DNA of 64,000 bases from Spirochaetia bacterium (GCA_965140585.1 OZ223264.1:192001-256000); one strand, 5' to 3'. Positions 1-12,867 are shown, numbered from the stretch's first letter. Program-made: numbers and translations. Notes: a model not told the origin generated them from the sequence alone.

Positions 1-1
1 T

Positions 2-1915
2 GCCGGAGAAATGCGTGAGAGGGTGGAGCATATGGTTCCTGGTGCTTCATCAGTAATGATAAGGACCTTCCATTCCTTCGGCGCCTGGTTTATGAGAAAT
101 AACTCCCACTTCACGCCCGATCTGAAATCCTCCTTTTCAATTTATGATGATGATGATGCCCTGAGTCTTCTGCAGTCGATATTTCCCGAAAGTCAAAAGA
201 AAAAGCTTCAGCCCTATGCGGGCTGGATAAGCCGTGCACGCGACTACTGCCTGACTCCGGCTGATGATCTTAGTGAAATTACACATACAAGCGATTTTCC
301 CTCCGTATACGCAGCATACGATGAAAAGCTGCGCAAGATAGGGAACCTCGATTTCGGTTCGCTTATAACAAGACCGGTTGAACTGCTTGAATCCAACACC
401 GAAGTCCTGGAGCGGACAAGGCAGCGTTTTCGCATTATCCTTGTCGATGAGTATCAGGACAGCAACGTCGCCCAGTACCGCCTTCTGAAGATGCTTGCCG
501 GCGACAGCAATTCTGTCTGTGTTGTAGGGGACGATGACCAGTCCATTTACAAATTCCGCGGGGCTGAGGTCAGAAACATATTGTCCTTTCCTGAGGAGTT
601 TGAGGGAACAAAGATAATCCGCCTTGAACAGAACTACCGCTCAACAAACCCGATACTCGAGATCGCTTCGGGTGTTGTTGAAAATAATTCAAACCGTCTG
701 GGAAAGAAGCTCTGGACTGAAAAGACCGAGGGGCAGCCGGCTAAGATTGTCTATCTTGAAAGGGATACCGATGAGGCCGAATTCTGTGCATCGCTTCTTG
801 CTGACGGCAACTATAAAAACACTGCCATCCTTTACCGTACCAATGCACAGTCCAGAAGTTTTGAGACTTGTTTTATCCGTGCAGGTATTCCCTACAGGAT
901 AGTCGGAGCACTTCGATTCCTCGAACGCGAAGAAATCAAGGATGTCATGGCCATTTTATCGCTTATAGTCAATCCCGCGGATGAGGTAGCTTTTAACCGG
1001 GTTGTAAACAAGCCTGCAAGGGGTATCGGAAAGACCGGCCTCAGAAAAATAATTGATTATGCCGTGGCAGAAGGAATTGATTTGATCTGCGCCCTGAAAG
1101 AGGTCAAAGGTCTTTCCGCCAAAGCCTGCACAGGCGCTGAAAAGTTTGCAGGCTACATAGAAAATATGCGGAAATCACTGGCGGTTAAGCCGCTTGGTGA
1201 GTTTGTTGCTGAAGTAATTGAAGAATCAGGGCTTTTAGCTCATTACACTTCAAAGGATGAGATAGCTGCAAAGGGTCGGGCTGATAACCTCAATGAAATG
1301 ATTTCGGCAGCCGGTATTTACGGTGAGGGTGAGGAAGCGTTGTCGCTTTTTCTTGAAGAACTTGAGCTCGATCGAAGTACTCTGCCCGGAATGGATGACG
1401 GTGATGACGAAAATGCTGTTACCCTGATTACCATGCACAATACAAAGGGTCTTGAGTTCGACCGTGTAATTATTACCGGAATGGAGGAGGGTCTGTTTCC
1501 TTCCGGACGGGAAGAGACCGGAGAAGAGCTTGAAGAAGAGCGCCGGATATTCTATGTAAGTATAACCCGTGCAAGGGATGAGCTGTACTTTACGTCCTGC
1601 AGAAGCCGTATGATCTGGGGCCAGTTCCGGCAGCAGGCACCATCAATCTTCCTTCATGAAATATCCCGCGACCATGCTGAAGTTGTTGATATGGTTTCAA
1701 AGCCGGGGAAGACTTCAGCAGAAGCTGAAAATCCGGCATACAGAAACGGCCGAAGGGTGTATCATGACGATTACGGTAATGGTTTTATTATAAAAAGCGG
1801 CAGTGCCGGCGGTCATGATTATGTTATGATTAAATTTGAAACCGGAAAAACCGGCAGATTTCTGCCTGATCTTGATCCGCATCTGGAGTTTTTGGAAAAT
1901 GATGAATGGTTCTGA
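2..1915 (+). CDS. pcrA: ATP-dependent DNA helicase UvrD/PcrA (5' end outside window)
   Basis: SF1 helicase motifs TFHSFG, ILVDEYQD, VVGDDDQSIYKFRGA, LEQNYRS, TMHNTKGLEF, EERRIFYVSITRA; frame open to window edge, Walker A lies upstream. Confidence 0.93.
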   Translation, partial: AGEMRERVEHMVPGASSVMIRTFHSFGAWFMRNNSHFTPDLKSSFSIYDDDDALSLLQSIFPESQKKKLQPYAGWISRARDYCLTPADDLSEITHTSDFPSVYAAYDEKLRKIGNLDFGSLITRPVELLESNTEVLERTRQRFRIILVDEYQDSNVAQYRLLKMLAGDSNSVCVVGDDDQSIYKFRGAEVRNILSFPEEFEGTKIIRLEQNYRSTNPILEIASGVVENNSNRLGKKLWTEKTEGQPAKIVYLERDTDEAEFCASLLADGNYKNTAILYRTNAQSRSFETCFIRAGIPYRIVGALRFLEREEIKDVMAILSLIVNPADEVAFNRVVNKPARGIGKTGLRKIIDYAVAEGIDLICALKEVKGLSAKACTGAEKFAGYIENMRKSLAVKPLGEFVAEVIEESGLLAHYTSKDEIAAKGRADNLNEMISAAGIYGEGEEALSLFLEELELDRSTLPGMDDGDDENAVTLITMHNTKGLEFDRVIITGMEEGLFPSGREETGEELEEERRIFYVSITRARDELYFTSCRSRMIWGQFRQQAPSIFLHEISRDHAEVVDMVSKPGKTSAEAENPAYRNGRRVYHDDYGNGFIIKSGSAGGHDYVMIKFETGKTGRFLPDLDPHLEFLENDEWF

Positions 1916-2618
1916 ATCACTGTACAGTGAGTTGCCAATTGTAAAGCGTACCCGTGACTATCATGTATATGATAACAGGGGCTTCAGATATTTTGATATG
2001 TGGCTTGATTCCGGTCGGGCGCTAATGGGGCACAAAACACCCAATTCCACAAAGAATATGAAAAACCTGCTTGAGCAGGGGCTTGCTGCCGCATACCCCT
2101 CTGTTCACACAGCCAGGCTTGAGAAGGCTGTAAAGAATCTTTATCCCGGAATCAGGGAAATAGCAGCCGGGTACTTTCCTCCGCCTTCAGAGCTCCCGCT
2201 TGTCAGACCATTCGAGCAGGCAGCAACTGCTGGATCTTTTGAAATTCTTGTTCCGCTTCCTGCTGCTGCCGGTATCAGACTTGCCGCATCATATGAAGAG
2301 CTTCCTTCCGGGATAGGAAACGGAGCTGTTCCGGCCTTCCTTGCCGGTTCCATGGCAAGAAGCTTCTATGATCTGGCTGCTTTTTCTTCGCGAATCAATC
2401 AGGAAGTCTGGCAGGCCTTTGACTGCGGACTCTGGAAAAGAAGGGGCCCCTGGCTGTATCCTGCAGTAAGAGAAGAGGTTTACCCGGATCTTTTCAGAGC
2501 CATGCTGAAAAGAGGGATAATAATTTCTCCATATTACAATATTCCGTCATGTGCTCCGGTAAACTTTACAGACGGAGAAATTAAGCCGATAAAAGAAATT
2601 GTAAAGGATTTTACCTGA
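1899..2618 (+). CDS. degenerate class-III PLP aminotransferase-like protein
   Basis: N-terminal 'RTRDYHVYDNRGFRYFDMWLDSGRALMGH' resembles the class-III aminotransferase N-terminus; ATG overlaps helicase end. Confidence 0.55.
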   Translation: MMNGSESLYSELPIVKRTRDYHVYDNRGFRYFDMWLDSGRALMGHKTPNSTKNMKNLLEQGLAAAYPSVHTARLEKAVKNLYPGIREIAAGYFPPPSELPLVRPFEQAATAGSFEILVPLPAAAGIRLAASYEELPSGIGNGAVPAFLAGSMARSFYDLAAFSSRINQEVWQAFDCGLWKRRGPWLYPAVREEVYPDLFRAMLKRGIIISPYYNIPSCAPVNFTDGEIKPIKEIVKDFT

Positions 2619-2920
2619 TGACAACCGACAGTTTAGTTTTTATAATCAGCCGCCTTGTTTTCGGTGCAGGTTCAGCATTTTTTGCCATAATGCTATGGTC
2701 AAGAACCCGCGAATCTGCCTGGATGTTCATTGTTGTCGGTACAATTTTTAGATACGGACAGATCATTTACGATACCTTCAGTATATTCGGTGTGGTCAGG
2801 ACAGATGTAGAACTTATTCCGGGATATCTGAAGATAGAGACACTTTTAGAGAACCTTCCCTATATCTTTTTCATTGTAGCTTTCATTATCATGATTCGGC
2901 GGACATTTCGTCGATGGTGA
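2618..2920 (+). CDS. small membrane protein
   Basis: three hydrophobic segments; TGATG coupling to upstream gene. Confidence 0.7.
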   Translation: MTTDSLVFIISRLVFGAGSAFFAIMLWSRTRESAWMFIVVGTIFRYGQIIYDTFSIFGVVRTDVELIPGYLKIETLLENLPYIFFIVAFIIMIRRTFRRW

Positions 2921-3092
2921 TGGCTTCGGCAGGACAGTCTTCCGCGGCTTCAGCCGCCCTTTCAAGCAGTTCCTTCGTCAGTGGTGTTTTTTTAAGTTCT
3001 GCCGTGAACTCTCCTGTTGAAAACAGTTCAGGTACATTTTCTTCACAGAGTCCGCATCCTATGCACAGATTTTTATCAATTTTTACGTTCAT
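2889..3092 (-). CDS. monocluster ferredoxin
   Basis: CIGCGLC...DCPAEAI motif, 67 aa. Confidence 0.88.
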   Translation of the reverse strand: MNVKIDKNLCIGCGLCEENVPELFSTGEFTAELKKTPLTKELLERAAEAAEDCPAEAITIDEMSAES

Positions 3093-3218
3093 ACAGTTCC
3101 CCGTAAAAAGAAAATAACAGTATTATTTCCCAAAGGCAAACATTATAGAGACAGCTCGGAATTCCTATTGCGGAATGCTCTGTATTTGGATATTGTAAAT
3201 GGAAAACGGAGGAAGACC

Positions 3219-3449
3219 ATGAAAGCTCTGATTATCGGAATAGTACTATCTCTCTTTGCTGTATTTGCAGCTATCCCTTCCCCGGGCCTGGGGTGGTGGG
3301 AGGAGCTTCTGTATGTACTCAGAGGTCTTGTGCCCGTTATTGCCTTATTTATAGGTGTAATTGCCGTTTTTGTCGGTATTACAGACCTTATGGATAGTAG
3401 GGAAGCAAAGAAGGATGCAGAGGCTGAAGCTGATTCAAAAAAAGACTGA
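3219..3449 (+). CDS. small membrane protein
   Basis: GGAGG SD before ATG 3219; two TM segments and charged tail. Confidence 0.7.
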   Translation: MKALIIGIVLSLFAVFAAIPSPGLGWWEELLYVLRGLVPVIALFIGVIAVFVGITDLMDSREAKKDAEAEADSKKD

Positions 3450-3584
3450 ATTCCTTGTGTAATAAGTAATTAATTTTCCCCCGGCAGTTCTGTCCCTTGA
3501 CAATATCATCTAAATATGGAATTATTCGAGTCACCCGTTACGATTTTTAGAAGTTTACAAACTAATTGAATTAAAGGCAGACTG

Positions 3585-4010
3585 ATGGATACAATATATG
3601 TAAAACCAAAAGATGTTGACCGAAAATGGTGGATTATCGACGCCGAAGGCAAAAGGCTCGGTAGAGTCGCTGTTAAGGCTGTTGAACTGCTCAGAGGAAA
3701 ACATAAACCGGAATTTGTTCCCTACCATGAACTTGGGGATTACGTGATAATCATTAATGCAGACAAGATTGAAGTAAGCGGAAACAAGGCAAACAATAAG
3801 CTTTATTACCGTCACACCGGCTTCCCCGGCGGAATCAGGGTTGAAAATTTCAGCAATATGATTGCAAAGAAACCGACTTTCCCTATTGAAGCCGCCGTTA
3901 AGGGTATGCTTCCGAAGGGTCCTATGGGCAGAAAACTTTTCAAGAATATGAAAGTTTATGCAGGATCAGAACATCCGCATGCGGCTCAGAAGCCCGTGGT
4001 TATTGAATAA
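3585..4010 (+). CDS. rplM: 50S ribosomal protein L13
   Basis: W.IIDAEGKRLGR, LRGKHKP, YYRHTGFPGG, HPHAAQKP. Confidence 0.98.
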   Translation: MDTIYVKPKDVDRKWWIIDAEGKRLGRVAVKAVELLRGKHKPEFVPYHELGDYVIIINADKIEVSGNKANNKLYYRHTGFPGGIRVENFSNMIAKKPTFPIEAAVKGMLPKGPMGRKLFKNMKVYAGSEHPHAAQKPVVIE

Positions 4011-4025
4011 GACAGGAGTTGAATA

Positions 4026-4418
4026 GTGGCAGAAAATCTTGCTTTAGGTACAGGTAGAAGAAAGACTTCAGTTGCCAGAGTTTATCTCAGAAGCGGCAGC
4101 GGAAAAATAACTGTAAACGGTAAGGATGTTGAAACCTATTTTTCAAATCCTATCAATGTATTTATAGTAAAACAGCCCCTCGATGTTACTGATAGTCTTA
4201 CAAAGTATGATATAGTAATAACAGTAAGAGGCGGCGGAGTAACCGGACAGGCCGGTGCATGCAGACACGGACTTGCAAGAGCCCTTCAGTCTGTAGATGC
4301 TTCAAACACATCAGCACTCAAGGCAAACGGATTCCTTACTCGAGACCCGAGAATGGTAGAAAGAAAGAAATATGGCCAGAGAGGCGCAAGAAGAAAATTT
4401 CAGTTCTCAAAGCGTTAA
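4026..4418 (+). CDS. rpsI: 30S ribosomal protein S9
   Basis: [34 protein letters not shown]...QFSKR; GTG start after AGGAG. Confidence 0.98.
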   Translation: MAENLALGTGRRKTSVARVYLRSGSGKITVNGKDVETYFSNPINVFIVKQPLDVTDSLTKYDIVITVRGGGVTGQAGACRHGLARALQSVDASNTSALKANGFLTRDPRMVERKKYGQRGARRKFQFSKR

Positions 4419-5040
4419 ACTCACTGTTTCGAGTATCGAGAGAGGAGCTATCGGAAAAGCCGCACAAGTCGGCTTTTCCGACGGCTCCTCTTTTTTTATT
4501 CATCCCGGAGTTATAAAGCATTTCGGCTTAACCTGCGGGGATAGCCTGAGCACGGCCGAGATTGAGGAATTAAAAGCATATTCGGAAAAGCTGAGAGCAA
4601 AGCAGAAAGCACTTGAGTTCCTTGCCAGAAGAGAACACAGTACTGCGGAATTAATTCTGAAGCTGAGGCAGAAGGGTTTTGACCAGCAGACGGCAAGGGT
4701 TGCAGTGTCGGAGCTTGAGGCTGAAGGTTCAGCCGATGACAGGCGTTTTGCTCATGCCTGGATTGAATCGAGGCTTCAAAGACATCCTGAAGGTCTGGGT
4801 AGTCTGATTGGCGGGTTGGTTTCTAAAGGGGTTGTACGGGATCTTGCAGAAGAGGTTGCGGGTATATATTACTCTGAAGAGTCGGCTGCCGGGGCTCTGG
4901 GCAGGGCGGCGGAGAAGTACCTCAGACGCAGCGGTGTGACCCGGGAGAACCTGATAACTCATCTGGGCCGCAGAGGTTTTACCTATCGTGAGATTAAAAA
5001 ATATATAGAGGATTCAGGCATACAATGGACAGAAAGCTGA
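4372..5040 (+). CDS. recX: regulatory protein RecX (start uncertain)
   Basis: [38 protein letters not shown]; follows rpsI. Confidence 0.85.
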   Translation: MAREAQEENFSSQSVKLTVSSIERGAIGKAAQVGFSDGSSFFIHPGVIKHFGLTCGDSLSTAEIEELKAYSEKLRAKQKALEFLARREHSTAELILKLRQKGFDQQTARVAVSELEAEGSADDRRFAHAWIESRLQRHPEGLGSLIGGLVSKGVVRDLAEEVAGIYYSEESAAGALGRAAEKYLRRSGVTRENLITHLGRRGFTYREIKKYIEDSGIQWTES

Positions 5041-5312
5041 GAGCATACAGACTCAATATAAGCGGCAGGGTGCAGGGTGTTGGATTCAGATACTCTGCAC
5101 AACGGGAGGCTATACGGCTGGGGCTGACCGGCTGGGTCCGAAATGATCCTGACGGTACTGTGAGTCTGTACTGTGAAGGTCCTGCTGAGAAGACGGCCGT
5201 CTTTCTTAAATGGCTGGAGAAAGGCGGACCTTCAATGTCGCATATTACCAATATTACTAAAATCAGTAAAACGCCTATAGAAACCTACCTTAGATTCACT
5301 ATTGATTATTGA
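5025..5312 (+). CDS. acyP: acylphosphatase
   Basis: SGRVQGVGFRY, GLTGWVRN..DGTV. Confidence 0.95.
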   Translation: MDRKLRAYRLNISGRVQGVGFRYSAQREAIRLGLTGWVRNDPDGTVSLYCEGPAEKTAVFLKWLEKGGPSMSHITNITKISKTPIETYLRFTIDY

Positions 5313-5433
5313 AACCATATTTTCATTCTATTTTGTTATTTAATTATGAGTAAAAAAGTCACCTGATAATTTGTATTCACCCCATTCAATTCCTAAAATA
5401 TAGGTAGATATAATTATAAGGAGATCTTTTTTA

Positions 5434-7644
5434 ATGAGTAAAAGATCGGTAAAACAGAATATTATTGTACTATCTATAGTCCTGCCATTGCTTGTTACGG
5501 GCATCTTTTCAGTTTTTATGTATATTATTCAGGCCAACAGTTTCGGCGATAAAGAAAAAGAGCTGCTCCTTGCTGAAGGAATATCATCTGCTATGGAAGT
5601 AAAGTCCGAGATGATCAAAAGTTTTGAACTTCTGCGGAATCTGGCTGCAGACCCTGAGACGGCTGAGGTTCTTAAACGGCTGGATCAGGTTCCTGATGGT
5701 CTTGATAATGACGATTTTATCGGGCTTGAAGGTGCGGCAGAACTCAGTAAGCGTATGGGCTTTGTGATCAAGGGAACCGATATTGATCTGGTGTTCGCTT
5801 CAGGAACCAGGAGTACAGGAATCCTGCTCGGGCGTGATGTTCAGATAGGTGAAGGCTTTGATGTCAGAAAACGGGACTACTTTGAGGGGGCGCTTGCCTA
5901 TCCGGGTGAATCGTTTATCAGTCAGCCCAGGGTTTCGGCTGAACAGGGTGCTGCTCCAAAGATTGTAATAACAGTTGCCCTGGGAGTGAACGATGAATCA
6001 GGAAACGCGGCAGGGATTCTTGCGCTTAATTATCAGCTGGATCCCATTATAAGGATACTTAAAAATGTGATGGAATCAACCGGTAAGACTATCGGTATCT
6101 ACGATAGAGTCGGAGGCTTCTTTATATGGAATCCGAACGGTGAGGAAGAATACTTTTTTGATCCTGAAAATATGCTTACACTGGAATCCATCGCAGTGGT
6201 TCTCGGCTTTAAAGACGCTGCCGCTGCCGAATTTGTTAATCATGTTACAACCGATTTCAGTTATTTTTTTCAGGGAACGACGCCTTTCGGAAAAGCATTG
6301 ATTAATTCATTTCAGATTCCGGGAACCAGATGGGGGCTGTTTGTATCAACTCCGATCAGTGAAATTACAAAAATTGTAACCGGTTCGGTTCTTCCGCCTA
6401 TTCTTGCCTTTATAGCAGGTCTGCTGTTATTGCAGATTATCGTTTATATTATATACTCACGACTGATGATTAAGCCGCTTATACAGATGGGCAGCAATCT
6501 TGCCAATCTTGCAGCAGCTGATGCAGATCTTACTGTTGAAATGCCTGTTCTTACGAAGGATGAAATAGGGGGTATGGCGAAGAACTTCAACGAATTTGTT
6601 CTTAAACTATGTACCCTGATGAATGATCTAAAGGAAGTTATAGGAAATACCTTCCTGATTAAGCAGAATGTAGTCGCTTCCGCGGAAGAAACCTCTACCG
6701 CTATCGAAGAGATCAGTACGAATCTTGAATCGATAAGCGGGCAGATAGATATTCTTGATAATAATATCAATGAGACTGTTGCGGCTATCGAGCAGGTTAC
6801 CAGAAATATATCATCAGTGGATGAGCAGATAATCAGTCAGTCTTCAATGGTGGAACAGTCTACGGCAGCCATTACCCAGATGATGGCTTCTCTTGGCAGT
6901 GTTAATCATGTTGCCCAGAATAAAAGACAGACTACCGTTGCCCTGGCTGCAGTGGCATCGGATGGAAGAGCGAAAATTGAAGAGACTGCTTCGGCATTTA
7001 AAAGTGTAGTTGAGCATATCAATCAAATTCAGGAGATGGCTTCCACTATCAACGGGATTGCTGCCCAGACCAATCTGCTTTCAATGAATGCTGCCATAGA
7101 GGCTGCACATGCCGGAGATTCCGGAAAGGGTTTTGCAGTAGTTGCAGAGGAAATCAGGAAGCTTGCTGATTCGGCCGGAAATTCTGCGAAAGCTATTTCG
7201 AAGAGTATCAAGGATATAACAAGTTCAGTGCTTGAGACAGATAAAAATGTTGCTGAAACAACCCAGGCCTTTGACAGAATATCTGCAGAAGTTGATGATA
7301 CTGTAAATGCTTTCTCCGAAATAGAACAGTCGGTGAATGAGCTCAACATCGGCGGTCAGCAGATTCTTGAATCAACAAATCAGATTAACGAAGTTACTCT
7401 GTCCATCAGAAGCGGATCCGCTGAAATAAAATCCGGAACTTCGCTGATGCAGAATAGTTCAATGCAGATAAAGGAAGTCTCGTCCAGGGTTTCAACCGGA
7501 ATGGCAGAATCAAACACAGGAGCGCGTGAGATTGTCAGGGCAATGCAGCAGATGGTGGATTTCTCACAGGAGCTGGGTAATATAGTTGAAGAACTGAAAG
7601 ATAATTTCGGACAGTTTAAAACTGATAAGACTGATGAAACCTAA
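5434..7644 (+). CDS. methyl-accepting chemotaxis protein (Cache sensor, HAMP)
   Basis: two TM segments, RKRDYF Cache motif, [37 protein letters not shown]. Confidence 0.95.
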   Translation: MSKRSVKQNIIVLSIVLPLLVTGIFSVFMYIIQANSFGDKEKELLLAEGISSAMEVKSEMIKSFELLRNLAADPETAEVLKRLDQVPDGLDNDDFIGLEGAAELSKRMGFVIKGTDIDLVFASGTRSTGILLGRDVQIGEGFDVRKRDYFEGALAYPGESFISQPRVSAEQGAAPKIVITVALGVNDESGNAAGILALNYQLDPIIRILKNVMESTGKTIGIYDRVGGFFIWNPNGEEEYFFDPENMLTLESIAVVLGFKDAAAAEFVNHVTTDFSYFFQGTTPFGKALINSFQIPGTRWGLFVSTPISEITKIVTGSVLPPILAFIAGLLLLQIIVYIIYSRLMIKPLIQMGSNLANLAAADADLTVEMPVLTKDEIGGMAKNFNEFVLKLCTLMNDLKEVIGNTFLIKQNVVASAEETSTAIEEISTNLESISGQIDILDNNINETVAAIEQVTRNISSVDEQIISQSSMVEQSTAAITQMMASLGSVNHVAQNKRQTTVALAAVASDGRAKIEETASAFKSVVEHINQIQEMASTINGIAAQTNLLSMNAAIEAAHAGDSGKGFAVVAEEIRKLADSAGNSAKAISKSIKDITSSVLETDKNVAETTQAFDRISAEVDDTVNAFSEIEQSVNELNIGGQQILESTNQINEVTLSIRSGSAEIKSGTSLMQNSSMQIKEVSSRVSTGMAESNTGAREIVRAMQQMVDFSQELGNIVEELKDNFGQFKTDKTDET

Positions 7645-7668
7645 ATAGGTTCTTATTCGGTATATAAT

Positions 7669-7705
7669 AAAAAAGCCGCTATCCGTGAAGGACGCGGCTT
7701 TTTTT
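7669..7705. terminator. bidirectional intrinsic terminator between convergent mcp and eno
   Basis: AAAAAAGCCGC-loop-GCGGCTTTTTTT. Confidence 0.8.
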
Positions 7706-7761
7706 GTTGTGGATTTTTTGATTCATCAAAAAATCCTAAAACAAAACTAAGTTTTGTTTAA

Positions 7762-9060
<1,299 letters not shown>

Positions 9061-9207
9061 TCACTCCTTAAAAAATATTCCTTGGTTCATTTATATTGTA
9101 AGGATCCTGATAATCAGGACAAATGTCAAGCTTTGAGCCTGTTCTTTATACACTTCATGAGAAAATTGCTGTATTTCCGCTGATTTTATATTAGAATTAA
9201 TAAAGCT

Positions 9208-10902
9208 ATGAAATATTCAAGTCTCTTTGGTAATAACACTCTCAGGCACAGTTCAGGCAAGGCGAAGGCTGCTAGTTTTTCCCTGCTCCACAGGGGGGGA
9301 TACATAAGATCGGTCGGTCCCGGTCTTTTTGCCATGATGCCGCTGGGAATGAGGGTTATGGACAAGCTTAAGGGTGTAATTCGAGAAGAACTTGAGAATC
9401 TGGGCGGACAGGAAATTGAAATTCCTCTTGTTGTTCCGCAGAATCTCTGGAAGAAAACAGGAAGAGACCAGCTGATTGGACGTGAGCTTATCAGGTTTTC
9501 AGACCGTACAGGACATAATCTTGTGCTTTCAACAAGTCATCTTGAACCTATCACCCAGATTGCACGAATGGCCATTAATAGCTATCGTGATGTCCCCAGA
9601 TTTCTGTATCAGTTCCAGACAAAGTACCGGGATGAGGAAAAAGTTAAGAATGGATTGTTCAGAGCAAAGGAATTTGTAATGAATGATGCATACTCCTTCC
9701 ATCGTTCATATGTTGATTTGAATATCTTTTTCCCGAAGGTTTTTAAAGCCTACGAAAAGATTTTTGAAAGATGTCAGGTACCTTTTGTTACGGCGGAATC
9801 TGCTGTTGGTTCACTTTCAGGCGACAGGGCATATGAATTTCTTATGCCCAGTGAAATAGGTGACGATCGTGTAATCACCTGTCCTTCCTGCGGTTACACT
9901 GCTAATCGTGATATAGCCGTTGGAAAAAAATCAATAATTAATGAAATACCAGTGATGTCCAGTGAAATAAATTCTCCCCAGTACGCAGGTGTACATGATC
10001 TGGCCAGGGCTTTAAAAATACCCCTGCCGCGGATTGCAGTCACTTCCCTGTATAAAACTCTCAAGGACTGGGTTCTGGTAACCTACAGAGCAGATTATGA
10101 AATAAGCAATGAAAAGCTCTCCAGGTTTCTGGAAGAACCTGTTATCGGTCCGGCTACGCAGGAGGAGGTTGCCTCCTTCGGGCTGCAGCCCGGGTTTTTA
10201 TTTCCGTCTGCTGAAATTACAGGTTTCAGGCATGTTGTTGATGATCTTGTTGCCCAGTCTGCGAATCTTGTAGTCGGTGCCGATAAACCCGGCAAACATA
10301 TAGTAAATGCCAACTTCGGGCGTGATTTTGAAAGTGAACTGATAGGTGATATTGTAAGTATTCATGCAAAGGATCTTTGTACGCAGTGTGAAACTCCGAT
10401 GAAGGAGTTTGCAGCTCTTGAAGTCGGGAATGTCTTCAAACTTGGGGATTTTTATTCAAAATCTATAGGCCTGTCCTTCACTGAAGAAAACGGCGGAGTA
10501 GGTTATCCGCACATGGGTTCCTACGGTATTGGCCTTGGCCGGCTCATGGGAGCTGTTGTTGAAGCGAACCATGATGAGCAGGGAATTATATGGCCGATGG
10601 AACTTACTCCATACTGCTTCTACCTTATGGGTATCGGGAAATCTCTCAGGGTCAAGAAGGTTGTTGATTCACTTGCTGAGGATCTTGGTTCAATGGTTCT
10701 GTTTGATGACCGTCATGAATCCATAGGTGTTAAATTCAAGGATTTTGATCTTCTTGGAATTCCCTACAGGATTGTCATCTCTACAAAGAGTCTTGAAGAT
10801 GGAAATGCAGAGTTTTATGAAAGAAAAACCCGGAAAACATGGCGTGTTCCGGTTGGAGATGTCTATTCTGAATGTACAAAACTGATTAATAGTGACTTCT
10901 GA
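9208..10902 (+). CDS. bacterial-type prolyl-tRNA synthetase-like protein (divergent)
   Basis: class II aaRS motifs (TKYRDE, EFVMNDAYSFH, MGSYGIGLGR), INS-domain-sized insert, anticodon-binding DDR..GVKFKDFDLLGIP; several conserved residues altered. Confidence 0.8.
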   Translation: MKYSSLFGNNTLRHSSGKAKAASFSLLHRGGYIRSVGPGLFAMMPLGMRVMDKLKGVIREELENLGGQEIEIPLVVPQNLWKKTGRDQLIGRELIRFSDRTGHNLVLSTSHLEPITQIARMAINSYRDVPRFLYQFQTKYRDEEKVKNGLFRAKEFVMNDAYSFHRSYVDLNIFFPKVFKAYEKIFERCQVPFVTAESAVGSLSGDRAYEFLMPSEIGDDRVITCPSCGYTANRDIAVGKKSIINEIPVMSSEINSPQYAGVHDLARALKIPLPRIAVTSLYKTLKDWVLVTYRADYEISNEKLSRFLEEPVIGPATQEEVASFGLQPGFLFPSAEITGFRHVVDDLVAQSANLVVGADKPGKHIVNANFGRDFESELIGDIVSIHAKDLCTQCETPMKEFAALEVGNVFKLGDFYSKSIGLSFTEENGGVGYPHMGSYGIGLGRLMGAVVEANHDEQGIIWPMELTPYCFYLMGIGKSLRVKKVVDSLAEDLGSMVLFDDRHESIGVKFKDFDLLGIPYRIVISTKSLEDGNAEFYERKTRKTWRVPVGDVYSECTKLINSDF

Positions 10903-11008
10903 CCGTTAAATTATTAGTTTATAAGACGAAGAAAATTTATTCTTGGCAAGTGAGTTAAAATAAATTAAACTGTTAGATCGTAAAACAAAAATTCAAAAGG
11001 AGAATTTC

Positions 11009-12634
11009 ATGAACATGAAAAAACTGATCGTTGCAGCACTGCTGATCCTGATGATCGTTCCTGCCTTTACCTTTGCAGGCGGTAAGCAGGAAGCTTCTAC
11101 CGGTACCGAAGCCGCACCCGCCGCTAAGGCTGAACCAGTCGTATTTAAAATCAATAATGGTACTGAGCCGGAATCTCTGGATCCGACTGTTATCGAAGGT
11201 GTTCCTGAGCACAGACTCTATACAGCGCTTTTTGAAGGCCTTGTAACCTATGACCCGGAATCTCTTGATGCTATTCCCGGAACAGCCGAAAGCTGGGAAG
11301 TTTCAGACGATGCACTGACATGGACTTTTTATCTTAGAAAAAATGCTAAATGGTCTGATGGAACCCCAATTACTGCTCAGCAGTTTGTTGATTCATGGAT
11401 AAAGTATCTTTCTCCTGAAACAGCTGCTGTATACGCCTACCTTCCAGCAATGGTAATTAAGGGTGCTGCAGAATATAACGCTGGTGAAGCCGGCCCGGAA
11501 ACAGTTGCGATCAGGGCTCTTGATGACTATACATTCCAGTTTGAGCTTACAGGACCTGCACCTTATGTGCTTGGTATGCTTACACATTATTCATTTGCAG
11601 TTCTTCCGCTTCATGCAATGGAAAAATACGGTGATGAATGGACCAGACCTGAAAATATGGTATCGAACGGTCCGTTTGTGTTAAAAAACTGGATTCCTCA
11701 GGATAAGATTATTGTTGAAAAGAACCAGAATTACTGGGATAAAGATAATGTAAAGCTTGATGAAATAGTTTTCTTTGCAACCGATGATGGAAATACCGCA
11801 ACCAACATGTATCTGAACGGTGAAATTGATTGGTTGACTGATACTCCTCCAAATAGACTTGATGAAATGAAACTTGATAAGGGATATGCAAACAATGCAT
11901 CTTTTATTACTTATTACTATGAATTTAATACAACAATAGCACCTTTCGATGATGTTCGCGTTAGAAAGGCTCTCTCAATGGCTATAGACAGACAGGAACT
12001 TGTTGACAAGGTTACTAGAGGCGGCCAGTTCCCTGCATTCGGTCTTACTCCTCCTCTTCCCGGACTTTATCCCAAAGTTGTAGCCTTTAAAGAAGATGCT
12101 GAAGCTGCAAGAAAACTGCTTGCAGAAGCTGGCTTCCCAGGCGGTGCTGGTTTTCCTGAAACCACCATTATTTATAATACTAACGAAGGTCACAAAAACA
12201 TAGCTCAGTATGTACAGCAGAAATGGACTGAAGTTCTTGGTATCAATGTACAGATTGAAAACCAGGAATGGGCGACCTTCCTTGATAACAGGCAGAACCA
12301 GAACTTTCAGGTTGCAAGATCAGGATGGCAGGGAGACTATGTAGATCCTAATACGTTCCTTACTGACCTCCTTTACTCAGGTTCAGGAAACAATGATGGA
12401 AAATACAACAGCCCTGAGTATGATGCTCTTCTTGCAAAAGCAGCTCTTATGCCCGGCGGAAAAGCACGATTCGATGTTCTTCGACAGGCTGAAGAACTTG
12501 CGATCGGTCAGGATATGGCTGTTATGCCTTTCTACTACTACACAGCTTTGAACTGGGTTGATACTGATGTATGGGGAGGATGGTATCCTACAGTACAGGA
12601 TGTTCACCCTGTAAAGAGTATTTATAAAAAATAA
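11009..12634 (+). CDS. oppA: oligopeptide ABC transporter substrate-binding protein
   Basis: signal peptide, NGTEPESLDP, WTFYLRKNAKWSDG, PFDDVRVRKALSMAIDR. Confidence 0.93.
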   Translation: MNMKKLIVAALLILMIVPAFTFAGGKQEASTGTEAAPAAKAEPVVFKINNGTEPESLDPTVIEGVPEHRLYTALFEGLVTYDPESLDAIPGTAESWEVSDDALTWTFYLRKNAKWSDGTPITAQQFVDSWIKYLSPETAAVYAYLPAMVIKGAAEYNAGEAGPETVAIRALDDYTFQFELTGPAPYVLGMLTHYSFAVLPLHAMEKYGDEWTRPENMVSNGPFVLKNWIPQDKIIVEKNQNYWDKDNVKLDEIVFFATDDGNTATNMYLNGEIDWLTDTPPNRLDEMKLDKGYANNASFITYYYEFNTTIAPFDDVRVRKALSMAIDRQELVDKVTRGGQFPAFGLTPPLPGLYPKVVAFKEDAEAARKLLAEAGFPGGAGFPETTIIYNTNEGHKNIAQYVQQKWTEVLGINVQIENQEWATFLDNRQNQNFQVARSGWQGDYVDPNTFLTDLLYSGSGNNDGKYNSPEYDALLAKAALMPGGKARFDVLRQAEELAIGQDMAVMPFYYYTALNWVDTDVWGGWYPTVQDVHPVKSIYKK

Positions 12635-12667
12635 GACTATCACGGCGGAACTTCCCCCGGGTTAAAT

Positions 12668-12703
12668 AAAAAGGCAGCTCCCTATCGGAAGCTGCCTTTT
12701 TTT
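12668..12703 (+). terminator. intrinsic terminator after oppA
   Basis: AAAAAGGCAGCT...AGCTGCCTTTTTTT. Confidence 0.8.
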
Positions 12704-12867
12704 GAATTTAGTTCATTAGCACCCGTATTTCCATGAACAGCAGAACTTTACCTTGAAATTCCGGTAATTCATATATATAATCACTTGTTTACGGAAAAGT
12801 AACTTCATAACCAATGAAGCAGCTAAAAACAGAAAATTAACCAAACTGTTTTTTACAAGGGGAAAAT

